DNA of 60,780 bases, the filler included, from Nitrospinae bacterium RIFCSPLOWO2_12_FULL_45_22 (GTDB lineage: Bacteria > 2-12-FULL-45-22): the NCBI GenBank assembly GCA_001803565.1. It is 5 parts of 5 records of this genome, joined end to end, with 100 filler letters (N's around TTAATTAATTAA, not from the genome) between each part and the next. Parts side by side here need not be neighbours in the genome. Positions count along the whole stretch, not along the records: positions 1 to 17,087 come from MHDQ01000275.1; positions 17,188 to 31,049 come from MHDQ01000276.1; 3 more parts are not named here. The stretch is one strand, 5' to 3'. The notes under the pieces are model-generated. The model saw only the letters and a list, made by a program, of their open reading frames with translations, had not been told where the DNA came from and ran no database searches. This document shows positions 7,419 to 17,188 of the stretch, piece by piece (the first letter of the stretch is position 1; the number at the start of each line of letters is the position of its first letter). Made by a program: the position numbers and the translations under genes.

Positions 7419-9866
7419 TTAATTGGGTGAAGGTTTTATTAGAGGTAAAGAAAAAAAGAACTTGCTTCCTTTCTGGGGCAAACTTTCTACCCAAATTTTT
7501 CCCCCATGGGCTTCCACGATCTTCTTACTTATGGCTAAGCCTAATCCCGTCCCTTGAATACCTACTTTTTTCCTTTTTAATTTACTAAATTCATTGAATA
7601 TAACTGCCCGGTCTTCTTCTGGAATACCCATACCTTGATCTTCCACACTGATTAAAATTTGGTCCTTTCCATCAGATACGCTAATTCTGATCTTTCCACC
7701 TTTGGTGGAGAATTTTATCGCATTATCAATTAGATTTATCATTACTTGTTCTATGCGGTCTTTATCAAAGGGAACCGGGGGTAGGACTTTAGGCAGTTTT
7801 AAATCTAATTTTAGCCCTGAATCCTTTACAAAATGCTCCATACGTTTGATGACATCCAATAAACAGGGGATTAGCTCTCTATCCTTGATCTCCATTTCCA
7901 TAGTCCCGGATTCAATTCGCGATAGGTCCAACATAGAGTTCACTAAGGAGACAAGCCTATCCAGACTTTCTTTGGACTCTTTTAATAATTGCTTTTGGAC
8001 ATTATTAATCTTACCGGGGGATTCACTTAATAAGAGTTTAATATACCCTTTTATAACCGTAAGAGGAGTTCGAAGTTCATGATTGGTTGCAGCTAAAAAG
8101 TTAGATTTAATCTTATCTATTTCCTTAAGTTTTTGGTTTGCTTCCCAGATCTCTTTAGCATGCTGCTTTAGTTGGATTTCTAGCTCCTTCCTTCTAGTAA
8201 TATCCCGTAAAAAAACCTGGTAGGCGGGTCTTCCTTTAAACTCAATAGGAGCGGCACTAACTTCAACTTCTATCCTCTTCCCATACCTATTCATAAGGGT
8301 TATCCCAAAGGGTTGAGATAATTCCCTCTCAATTAGCCCTTTCCAGAAGACCTCCCTGATAGGGTCATACTCTTCCGGTGCAAGTATTTTTCTATAATCC
8401 AGGGATCTAACTTCTTCGGCACTATATTCCATCATTTCCTGAAATTTTTTATTGGCAAATTTAATAAGCTCACCTTGGACAATAATAATCCCATCATTGG
8501 CCCTTTCGATCATAATTCTATACTTTTCCTCGGATTCTCTAAGCCTTCTTTCTAAAGTCCTTTTCTCTGTCACATCCCGAAAAGAGAAGGTAATAGTATT
8601 CTCTTTATCCGGAAGCCGATTCATAGTAACAGAAAGACACCGCTTCCTCCCATCCTTAGTAAGGATAAAAATATCCATACTACCGGGAAGTTCTACCCCT
8701 TCCAAGATATTCCAGGGGCAAGAACCATTTTGGGGAAGGGTTTCAGTATAAAATAATTGATGGATATGTTTTCCTAATAAGCTTCCCTTGGAATACCCAG
8801 TTATCTCTATTGCTTTTTTATTAGCAAACCTAATAAATCCATCTTTATCCAGAGTAATCAACCCGTCAGAGGCATGTTCAAAAAGCTCTTCATATTTGGC
8901 CTTCAACTCCAATTCCCGCTGGGCATACTTTGCCCTCTCCAATTCTATCAGGGCCATCTCTCGCTTCCTTGATTCTTCTTTGATACTCGCGAAGAGGTGG
9001 GCATTTTTGATGGCTATGGCAACTGCATTAGCTATCCCTTGGCAGAGTTTTATTTCTCTTTTGTTAGACATTAGAGGGGGCCGCTCCGTCCGCAGGAACA
9101 AGGTTCCCATGATGTCACTCTGAAACATGATAGGAAAGACCATGATGGATTGCGGTTCTTGTGGCCCTTGTGGGGATTTAACCTTTTGCTGGAAGGGTGG
9201 CTGACAAATTACCATTTTTCCCGTTTGTAAGGCCTGTTGTATTTCTGGATATTTGGAAAGGGGTATCTTTAAGTTCTTTATTACGGGGTTATCATGGGCA
9301 GCCACAATATAGCCAAATTCTGCACCCTTCTCTACCAGCCATATGTTACATCTATCTACATCAATAATCTCTGATATTTTTTTGACAATAGCAAAAAAGA
9401 TCTCGGCTGGATCTAATTGGGAGGAGATAGTCCTGGTAATTTCCAAGATGGCAGCTAAGTCATTCTTCTCTCTCTCTAGCTGATCATATAATTTCTTGCT
9501 CCGGAGTTGGGAATTTATCCGGGCGAGTAATTCAGCCAGGTGAGTGGGCTTGACAATATAATCATCTGCTCCTGCCTCTAACCCAGCAATTATATCTTGC
9601 TGATTAGATCGACCCGTGATGATAATAATGGAGATAGAGCTATCAATGTTTTTGAATATTTTGCATAGTTCTATCCCATCGATCCCAGGTAAGGTGAGAT
9701 CCAGAAGGATTAGATCGGGTTTATATGTCTTAAGCTTAGAAACAGCTTCTCTTCCATCTTCTGTTGCAGCAATGTGGTAACCCTGGATAGTTAAAACTTC
9801 CCTCAAAAAATCTCTCAAACCCTTATCATCTTCTATGATAAGGATTTTTCCTTGAGGAATAGCCAT
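7419..9866 (-). CDS. Hybrid sensor histidine kinase (REC-GAF-PAS-PAS-HisKA-HATPase), soluble
   Basis: ILIIEDD/LILLDLTLP receiver, GAF, two PAS-like repeats, NHELRTPL H-box, NLIDNAIKF and GTGLGLAI boxes. Start taken at MAIPQ after a GGAGG-like run. Confidence 0.93.
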   Translation of the reverse strand: MAIPQGKILIIEDDKGLRDFLREVLTIQGYHIAATEDGREAVSKLKTYKPDLILLDLTLPGIDGIELCKIFKNIDSSISIIIITGRSNQQDIIAGLEAGADDYIVKPTHLAELLARINSQLRSKKLYDQLEREKNDLAAILEITRTISSQLDPAEIFFAIVKKISEIIDVDRCNIWLVEKGAEFGYIVAAHDNPVIKNLKIPLSKYPEIQQALQTGKMVICQPPFQQKVKSPQGPQEPQSIMVFPIMFQSDIMGTLFLRTERPPLMSNKREIKLCQGIANAVAIAIKNAHLFASIKEESRKREMALIELERAKYAQRELELKAKYEELFEHASDGLITLDKDGFIRFANKKAIEITGYSKGSLLGKHIHQLFYTETLPQNGSCPWNILEGVELPGSMDIFILTKDGRKRCLSVTMNRLPDKENTITFSFRDVTEKRTLERRLRESEEKYRIMIERANDGIIIVQGELIKFANKKFQEMMEYSAEEVRSLDYRKILAPEEYDPIREVFWKGLIERELSQPFGITLMNRYGKRIEVEVSAAPIEFKGRPAYQVFLRDITRRKELEIQLKQHAKEIWEANQKLKEIDKIKSNFLAATNHELRTPLTVIKGYIKLLLSESPGKINNVQKQLLKESKESLDRLVSLVNSMLDLSRIESGTMEMEIKDRELIPCLLDVIKRMEHFVKDSGLKLDLKLPKVLPPVPFDKDRIEQVMINLIDNAIKFSTKGGKIRISVSDGKDQILISVEDQGMGIPEEDRAVIFNEFSKLKRKKVGIQGTGLGLAISKKIVEAHGGKIWVESLPQKGSKFFFSLPLIKPSPN

Positions 9867-10119
9867 CCCCCCTCCCCCCAAAAATTATTCAATTATTACT
9901 CCAAGATTTACCCACCTCTTATAATTATCCCCTTTAAGACCCTGATGTTTATAAAAATTTCTTTCCTTTACTAGCCCATTAAAGGAATTATCGAAGATAC
10001 CTTGATAATTATTAGGGGACATTATCTTAAATTAGCCCAAGAATTGCTTAACCCTGTCCTCCTAAGTTTAGTAATGATTATTTTACCGCAGGACAGGAAT
10101 TTTTAGATATATAATTTTG

Positions 10120-10231
10120 GTAACCGTTTATCACAGAGAGCGCAGAGAACGTTAAGATAAAGCATAAACGATTAGTACCTAAGTTTCAAGGTTAATTTTT
10201 CTAATATTCGTCTGCGTGCTCAGCGGTGAAC
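10120..10231. repeat. Palindromic element with an IS66-like left end (GTAACCGTTT) and CAGAGAGCGCAGAG...TCTGCGTGCTCAGCGGTGAA arms
   Basis: Inverted 9-mer arms; a related right arm occurs at 16713-16748. Confidence 0.5.
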
Positions 10232-10749
10232 CCTCACTAATACTATTTCTAAAAACCTAATTCCCCTCAAACGTAAATATTCAGTAAACACCGTAAATAG
10301 AAACCACAGATTTCACTGATTATTTTTTAGAGTTAAATCGGTGTTGTCTGCGCAACATGTGGTTCCAATAGTGGTTCTATTGGAAGTGGTTCTCTGAATA
10401 ATCCCCCTCAAACCCTTTGATTTTTTGCTCAGAAGAATTGGGGTAGTATCTGTGATAATTTGGTAGTAAGAGCAATGTTATTATAGTCAAACCTCCTCTT
10501 AGTTTTACAAGACGAATGGCGTGAGAGAAAAGATTAGATTATTCCTTTAAGGTTTCTTTTATCCGTGTTATATTAAAAATATGCCTAGGCACTTGATTCA
10601 GGCAATTGATTTTTACCCCCAAGATCTAGTGCCTGAATGTTTCCAGAAACACCATATGTTGCTGCAACTTTACTCAAGTGCATAGGCATAATTAAAAATC
10701 TTAATCTTGGTTAGGTTTCCTATCCTCCTCGCTTAAAAAATTAGGTCTT

Positions 10750-12147
10750 ATGGCAAAGATCCTATTAGTAGACAAGAATAAGAAGATGAGAGATAAGTTG
10801 GCGGAGGAATTGTCTAAGCTGGGCCACCAGTCTTTCGTAGCCAGTAGCATTGCCTTAGCCCGAAGAATTATGGATGAGCAGTTTTTTAATCTTTTTCTCT
10901 TAGAGTATGATCCCATTCAAAATAATACCAGCGAGATATTAGAGCTAAGTAAAAAATTCTCTAAGACTACCCCGATTATATTAATGCTAAGTGAAGAAGA
11001 CTTGGATATTGCTGTAAAAGCAGATAACGCAGGGATATATGACTGCATACAAAAATCCTTCGCTTTTGATGGGATAATGATAAAGATAAATAATGCCTTG
11101 AGGCATGCGGAACTCGGTAATAATCTAAGTTATTTACGGCATACCCAGGGCCTGATTCACAGATTTGATGACCTAATCGGGGAGAACCCTAAATTCAAAA
11201 ATATTCTTACCCTAGCGAACAAGGTGGCTAACTTTAGTTCCACGGTCTTAATAGAAGGAGAGACTGGGACCGGCAAAGGGCTCATTGCTGGGGCCATCCA
11301 TTATAATAGCCCTCGCAGAGATCACAATTTCATAAAGGTTAATTCCGCTGCCCTCCCTGAGAATCTCCTGGAGAGTGAGCTCTTTGGGCATGAGAGGGGG
11401 GCCTTTACTGGGGCTGACCGCCAAAGGATAGGCCGATTCGAACAAGCCAATAATGGAACGATCTTTTTAGACGAGGTAGGAGATATGAGTCCTAGCACCC
11501 AAACCAAAATTTTGCGGGTGTTGGAAGAGCAGGAATTCGAGCGATTGGGAAGTACCAAGACCATCAAAGTTAATGTCCGATTAATTACTGCTACCAATAA
11601 AGAGTTAAAGAAGTTGACGCAAATGGGTTTATTTCGGGAAGACCTCTTCTATCGGCTTAATGTAGTAAGGTTTAAGATGCCCGCCCTCCGCGAGAGGCCA
11701 GATGATATAATTCCTTTAGCCCAGTTTTTTGCCCGGAAATATAGTTATGAATTCGGGAAGAACTTTAGGGGGTTTGATCTCCAAGTCAGACAATTTTTAA
11801 CCACCTACCACTGGCCCGGAAATATTAGGGAATTAAGAAATACTATTGAACGGGCCACCTTAATGATGGAGGGGGATCTCATTACCCTGGATGATCTTTG
11901 TCTTTTCCCAGAGGAAAAACTGGTAGAGGGAAGTACCTTTACCTCTCCCTCTATTACTCTCCCCCCCGAGGGTATAAGCCTAGCCCAGGTAGAGAGAGAT
12001 TTGCTTGTTCAAGCCCTCGAGAGGGCTAATTGGGTCCAGAAAGACGCTGCTTCCCTCCTAGGCATCACTGCCAGAGTCATTAACTACAAGATTAAAAATT
12101 ATGGTATCGTCAATAAGCGTTGGAGAAGGCATAAATTAGTTACTTGA
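10750..12147 (+). CDS. sigma54-dependent transcriptional activator with atypical receiver domain
   Basis: GETGTGKG, GAFTGA, FLDEVG, WPGNIRELRN, HTH. The receiver has LLE in place of the phosphoacceptor Asp. Confidence 0.92.
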   Translation: MAKILLVDKNKKMRDKLAEELSKLGHQSFVASSIALARRIMDEQFFNLFLLEYDPIQNNTSEILELSKKFSKTTPIILMLSEEDLDIAVKADNAGIYDCIQKSFAFDGIMIKINNALRHAELGNNLSYLRHTQGLIHRFDDLIGENPKFKNILTLANKVANFSSTVLIEGETGTGKGLIAGAIHYNSPRRDHNFIKVNSAALPENLLESELFGHERGAFTGADRQRIGRFEQANNGTIFLDEVGDMSPSTQTKILRVLEEQEFERLGSTKTIKVNVRLITATNKELKKLTQMGLFREDLFYRLNVVRFKMPALRERPDDIIPLAQFFARKYSYEFGKNFRGFDLQVRQFLTTYHWPGNIRELRNTIERATLMMEGDLITLDDLCLFPEEKLVEGSTFTSPSITLPPEGISLAQVERDLLVQALERANWVQKDAASLLGITARVINYKIKNYGIVNKRWRRHKLVT

Positions 12148-12149
12148 TG

Positions 12150-13302
12150 GTAACCGTTCACCCAGCATGAGCTTCTAAAGTTTTTTATAGCAAGATAAAC
12201 TTGACATATGTAATATGAATTAATTAAAATTAGACAATTATTAGATTTATAAAGTTCAACTTAATCACACTTAGAAACTATTATGATTCAAGAAAGTACC
12301 ATTTTCCTTAAAAAGGAAGATTATGAGAAGCTCCTGAAACGGATAGAGCAGATGGAGAAGGAGAACCTTAAGCTCAGAGAAGAGAATGCCGAACTGAGGA
12401 GACGTTTGGGGATGGACTCTACCAACTCTTCCAGGCCTCCTTCCAGTGATCCTCCGTCGGTAAAGCGACCTTCTAAAGTCCCAACAGGTAGAAAGCCCGG
12501 CAAGCAGAAAGGGAGCAAGGGATATAGAAGGCAACGGCTTCAGCCAACCCAGATTATAGAACATAGACCCGAGGTGTGTAGTCACTGCGGAGGAAACATT
12601 CCCGCTGATACTTCTACTACTGGCAGTTATCAATATCGGCAGCAGGTTGAAATACCTCCTATAGAACCTATTGTAACTGAGCATCATTACCATGCAGTTC
12701 GCTGCCCTAACTGCGGAAAGACCACCAGGGCAGAAGTGGGAGAAGGAGAGAAACCTTGCTGCGGGCCTCGCCTGACAGCCCTGATTGCTATCCTTACTAC
12801 CGTATACAACCTCTCTCGACGTCATGTTGAGGGGCTTTTGGAGACAGTCCTTGGAGTTGATCTTATCTTGGGCAGTGTGGACAATCGGGTACCCTCTGGG
12901 TGCCATGAGGTGGGAGATGCCCTTGAGAGCCCTGTCTCTCAGCTTAAGGAGCAGTTGCCCCAAGAAGCTAAGTTGCACATAGATGAGACAGGTTGGAAGA
13001 AAGCCGGTGAGAGACGCCGGCTTTGGGTATTTGTTGCTCCCACTTTCACCTTCTTTCACATCGCCGGAACTCGTGGCAAGAAGGTCCTCAGGGAAATCCT
13101 GGGAGAGAACTTCTTGGGATTTATCATCTCGGACTGTTACAGTTCCTACCGCTCCTATCACGATCTTTCTCGTTGGCATATCTGCCTGGCACATCTGATC
13201 CGCAAGGCTAAGGGATTGAGCCTTTGTGAAGATCCGGAGGCTTCCCGCTTTGGCCATTGGGTGCGCAGAGAGTTGAAGCTTATGATCAGTCTTTGGAAAA
13301 AG
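12150..13302 (+). mobile_element. Truncated IS66-family element (single-ORF, ISBst12-like); left TIR plus N-terminal part of the transposase (CDS from 12283)
   Basis: GTAACCGTTCACC at 12150; coiled coil plus DSTNSSRPPSSD, Zn-finger CSHC...CPNC, HIDETGW, SDCYSSY, CLAHLIR. No right end and no C-terminal catalytic region. Junction position is approximate. Confidence 0.88.
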
Positions 13303-13971
13303 AAACTATCCTGGCTATTAGCTTATAAGAAGGAAGACCCTACAAAAATATTCTCTATGATGGAGGAGCAGCCCCAAAAAGAAGGGGAGGAGCTTGACCA
13401 ATATCTCCAGTTTATCCTGGAGACCAACCGCCCTTCAGTGGTCGAAGTCGGTGGTTTTGAGAAGCTCTNNNNNNNNNTCGAAGTCGGTGGTTTTGAGAAG
13501 CTCTATGAGATTGCTGATAGAACTTATCTAGATATTACTAATGAAGAGAGGAACTATATCACACCGACCGAGCTGGTTAATCTATCGGTTGGTAAAGGAA
13601 GCTTGAATAAAGAGGAACGGCGGGAGATCGAATCCCATGTAATCCATACTTACCAGTTCTTGACCCAAATACCCTGGACCAAAGAGCTGCGGCAAATACC
13701 ACAGATATCCTCAGGGCATCATGAATGGCTTAATGGTGAAGGTTATCCTAACCATCTCCAGATGGACCAAATACCCATACAAGCTAAGATCATGACGGTT
13801 TGCGATATATTTGATGCCCTCACCGCAGCAGACCGACCCTATAAGAAGGCGGTGCCACTGAATAGGGCGCTGGATATCCTCCATGGCGAGGCCGGGCACA
13901 ACCATATAGATCAGGAGCTCCTCAAAATATTTATCGAGACCAAAGTTTACCAGTTAGTAAAGAACGAATAA
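13303..13971 (+). pseudogene. C-terminal part of an HD-GYP phosphodiesterase, fused in frame to the IS66 transposase fragment
   Basis: GSLNKEERREIESHV, HHEWLNGEGYP, CDIFDALTAADRPYKKA. The N-terminus including the HD motif is absent; contains the 9-N gap. Confidence 0.75.
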
Positions 13972-13985
13972 TAACTAAAGAAAGA

Positions 13986-14185
13986 ATAACCGTTCAGCCA
14001 CCAAGGCACTAAGTCACCAAGAAGCTCAAAACTTAAAATGCAAAGTCTAAAATTAAGGTAATTATTCCTCCCTGCCTGGGCGGTGCAGGCAGACAGGAGC
14101 TTTGCACTTTTAGCTTTGCGTTTTACATTTCCTTGGTGCCTTTGTGTCTTAGTGGCTGATAAAGCTTAGCCGGGTGAACGGTTAC
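13986..14185. mobile_element. 200-bp IS66-type MITE with 8-bp target-site duplication AAGAAAGA
   Basis: Ends (A)TAACCGTTCA...TGAACGGTTAC; AAGAAAGA at 13978-13985 and 14186-14193; internal nested palindromes. Confidence 0.85.
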
Positions 14186-14202
14186 AAGAAAGAATAATAA
14201 CA

Positions 14203-15411
14203 ATGAAAAGCAAAATAGCGATTATTGATAGCGATGAAAACAGTCTCCAGTTGGCAAAAAAAGCCTTGACCCAGGCCGGCTATAGCGTGAACCTTTACCC
14301 TGAGCCCGCTGAAGTACTATCCAGATTAAGAGATTGGCAGCCAGACCTGATCTTTTTGGAACTGGTATTGCCAGGAATTACAGGCTTCAGTCTATTGAAG
14401 GAGCTAAAAAGCCAGGAATCGTTGAAAAAGGCCAAGGTTTTTATCTTCTCGGCCAAGAATTACGCTAGTGACCGGAAGCTAACCTGTGAGCTGGGGGCGG
14501 ATGGTTTTTTTGAGAAGCCCTTTACCGAAGAGCAACTTTTAGAAAAGGTAGAGCAAATTATGGGAGGGAGAATGAAGATAAGGTTTTGGGGGACCCGGGG
14601 CTCGATCCCCAGCCCGGGTGAAAGTACGCTCAAATATGGGGGAAATACCCCTTGTGTGGAGGTGCGGTTGTCTAATGAGGAACTCCTGGTATTCGATGCT
14701 GGTACTGGGATCAGAGAGCTAGGTAATTTTCTCCTTAACAAACGTAATAATTGGCAGGGCCATATATTCCTCTCCCATCCTCACTGGGATCATATCCAGG
14801 GGCTACCCTTTTTTAGGCCCGCTTATATCCCCGGCAATGAATTTATTATCCTGGGTGCAGCCCACCCCCAGGTTTCCTTAGAAAAAATCATCGCTGACCA
14901 GATGGAGACTATCTATTTCCCCATAAATGTCCACTACTTCAGTGCTGATGTATCCTTCAAGTCCCTTGGGGAAGGGAGTTACAAGATTGGTGGTGCCCAA
15001 ATAGATACTATGTTCATTAACCACCCCGGTTTGGCCTTGTCCTACAAGATTAACTGGGGCAATTCCAGCATGGTATATATGACCGATAATGAGCTGGGTA
15101 TGGCTAATGGAGGTAATCTCAGGAAGAGGATAGTAGAATTCGTCTCCCAGGCCAATGTCCTTATCCACGATGCCCAGTATGACGATGATGAGTATAAGAT
15201 AAAAAGGGGTTGGGGGCATTCTACCTGGAGCCAGGCCCTACAACTGGCTATGGAGGCCCGGGTAGAGCGCCTCGTCTTATTTCATCACGATCCTGACCAT
15301 GACGACCAGAAAATAGATGCCTTTCTAGCTGCCTGCCAGCAAGAGGCTAAGAACAACGGTGCTTCTCTAGAAATCATTGCTGCCCAGGAGGGTATGGAGA
15401 TACTTCTGTAG
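14203..15411 (+). CDS. Receiver domain fused to an MBL-fold metallohydrolase
   Basis: N-terminal REC; FWGTRGSIP, YGGNTPCVE, SHPHWDHIQG, WGHS, FHHDPDH. Confidence 0.9.
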   Translation: MKSKIAIIDSDENSLQLAKKALTQAGYSVNLYPEPAEVLSRLRDWQPDLIFLELVLPGITGFSLLKELKSQESLKKAKVFIFSAKNYASDRKLTCELGADGFFEKPFTEEQLLEKVEQIMGGRMKIRFWGTRGSIPSPGESTLKYGGNTPCVEVRLSNEELLVFDAGTGIRELGNFLLNKRNNWQGHIFLSHPHWDHIQGLPFFRPAYIPGNEFIILGAAHPQVSLEKIIADQMETIYFPINVHYFSADVSFKSLGEGSYKIGGAQIDTMFINHPGLALSYKINWGNSSMVYMTDNELGMANGGNLRKRIVEFVSQANVLIHDAQYDDDEYKIKRGWGHSTWSQALQLAMEARVERLVLFHHDPDHDDQKIDAFLAACQQEAKNNGASLEIIAAQEGMEILL

Positions 15412-15419
15412 TATTATAA

Positions 15420-16436
15420 TTACCCTTCAATTAAGGGCTGTAGTTTCTCCAGCATATCGGTATCAGCAAGAACTACCAGAATATCCCCCTTTTTTAAACT
15501 AGTAGATGGTTTGGGGTTATAGATAAAATCCTTTTTGTGTTGCTCTTTTATAGCCATGATCAGGGCCCCGGTCTTTTTAGGTATTTCTGCCTGAACCAGA
15601 TCCTTATTGATTAATCTCGAATTAGCCCCTATAGTTACTTCCTCTATCCGCATAGACCCCCCTTCGTCCCGCAACATCCTGTCCAGAAAAGAAACTACCG
15701 TAGGCCGTATCAATTCGGATACTAAACGCAAGCCACCAATAAAATTTGGTGATACCACGGCATTAGCACCGGCTTTAAAGAGCTTTTGAGCACTCTTAAT
15801 AGAAATCTCTTTGGCTACAATCCTTAAATTGGGATTAAGCTCCCGGGCGGTCATGGTGACAAAGAGATTATCCCGGTCGGTCGGTAAGGTCGTGACTAAT
15901 CCCCTGGCCCTTGAGATACCAGCCTGGAGCAAGACCGACTCATCGGTGGCATCCCCTTCTATAAAACAGACTTTGCCCAGGGACTGAACCTTTTTTATCC
16001 TTTCCGGGTCAGGTTCAATCAAGACGAATTTACGGCCCGTCTTTACCAGCTCTTCTAGCACATGGAAGCCCGTCTCACCAGCACCACAGACAATGAAATG
16101 GTCTTTAAGTTCCATTATTTCCTTGTCCATCCTTCTCCTCCCGATGATATTAGTAAGTTCCCCCTCTACGATAAAAGCCGTTATAGAACTTATTACAAAC
16201 ATTAGCGTACCCATACCGAACAGGATCAACAGGATAGTAAAGACCTTGGCCGGTGGATTATGGCTTATATCTACCACTTCTTCATACCCTACGGTAGAAA
16301 GGGTTATAACGGTCATATAAATGCTATCCAGGATACTCCATTCTTTGCCGCCTAAGACCTTATACCCGATTATACCGGTAAGGACTACACCAACCAATAG
16401 AAATAGACCGACCTTGATCCTGGCTACAAGTCCCAT
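15420..16436 (-). CDS. Potassium channel protein (2-TM pore plus TrkA-N/TrkA-C RCK domains)
   Basis: TLSTVGYEE pore motif, HFIVCGAGETG, GDATDE. Confidence 0.92.
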   Translation of the reverse strand: MGLVARIKVGLFLLVGVVLTGIIGYKVLGGKEWSILDSIYMTVITLSTVGYEEVVDISHNPPAKVFTILLILFGMGTLMFVISSITAFIVEGELTNIIGRRRMDKEIMELKDHFIVCGAGETGFHVLEELVKTGRKFVLIEPDPERIKKVQSLGKVCFIEGDATDESVLLQAGISRARGLVTTLPTDRDNLFVTMTARELNPNLRIVAKEISIKSAQKLFKAGANAVVSPNFIGGLRLVSELIRPTVVSFLDRMLRDEGGSMRIEEVTIGANSRLINKDLVQAEIPKKTGALIMAIKEQHKKDFIYNPKPSTSLKKGDILVVLADTDMLEKLQPLIEG

Positions 16437-16528
16437 AATTCGCCTTTGATTAAAGGTAACCGTTCAGCCCCTATCGAAAATGAATGTCGTGTGGCTATTC
16501 TTTGTCATAAAGGCTATGTAATAAATTT

Positions 16529-16590
16529 GTAGTGGTCGAGCTTGCTCGACTTTATTTGCAGCACCCCCAGGGTACCCGGCTCTGCCACTA
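16529..16590. repeat. Inverted pair of GTAG-type REP-like hairpins
   Basis: GTAGTGGTCGAGCTTGCTCGAC ... GCTCTGCCACTAC; a near-identical unit occurs at 24404-24426. Confidence 0.65.
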
Positions 16591-16966
16591 CACCCTGCCT
16601 ATGCCGGAGTCACGGCAGACAAGCCTGCCCGCGCCGAAGGCAGGCGGGTCCGTGCCTTAAAATAGCGCGGATTTATTCGTGCCTACAATTGCAAGTAGCA
16701 TTTTCAGTCCTGTCTCAGCGTTCTTTGCGTGCTCTGCGGTGAACGGTAGCGGCTCATGAATGTTTTCTTGTAAAATAAAGCAAATTATAGCATAATAAAG
16801 CACGGCATATTGTACCATAATCAGAGATTTTGTTTGCGCAAAATTTATTAAAGCGTTTCCAATTGTCGGCCACAGAGTAAACAGTAAGCCGTGAGCAGTA
16901 AGGAGTAACGGCTCACTCCTCATTGCTCACGCACTCACAATTAAATTAAGCGGGAGGGTTAAGAAG

Positions 16967-17087
16967 ATGGAAGAGCGTATAAAACGAAGGAACAAGATAT
17001 TTGGCATTTCGGCTATAGTGGTCTTTTTTATCCATAGCATACTCCTGGCTACCAACGAATTGATCCTTACCTATAATACTCTGGAGA
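16967..17087 (+). CDS. 5' fragment of a hypothetical membrane protein, cut by the contig end
   Basis: GGAGG RBS, then MEERIKRRNKIFGISAIVVFFIHSILLA... Confidence 0.5.
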
Positions 17088-17187
17088 NNNNNNNNNNNNN
17101 NNNNNNNNNNNNNNNNNNNNNNNNNNNNNNNTTAATTAATTAANNNNNNNNNNNNNNNNNNNNNNNNNNNNNNNNNNNNNNNNNNNN
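17088..17187. other. Artificial contig linker
   Basis: N-run/TTAATTAATTAA/N-run; the same linker occurs at 31050-31149, 49230-49329 and 55207-55306. Confidence 0.98.
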
Positions 17188-17188
17188 C

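Noticed and set aside
12271-13257. 328-aa minus-strand ORF
   Set aside because: Antisense to the IS66 transposase, with no recognisable motifs.
13442-13504. 27-bp direct repeat around the 9-N gap (EVGGFEKL twice)
   Set aside because: Typical unmerged scaffold overlap; an assembly artefact.
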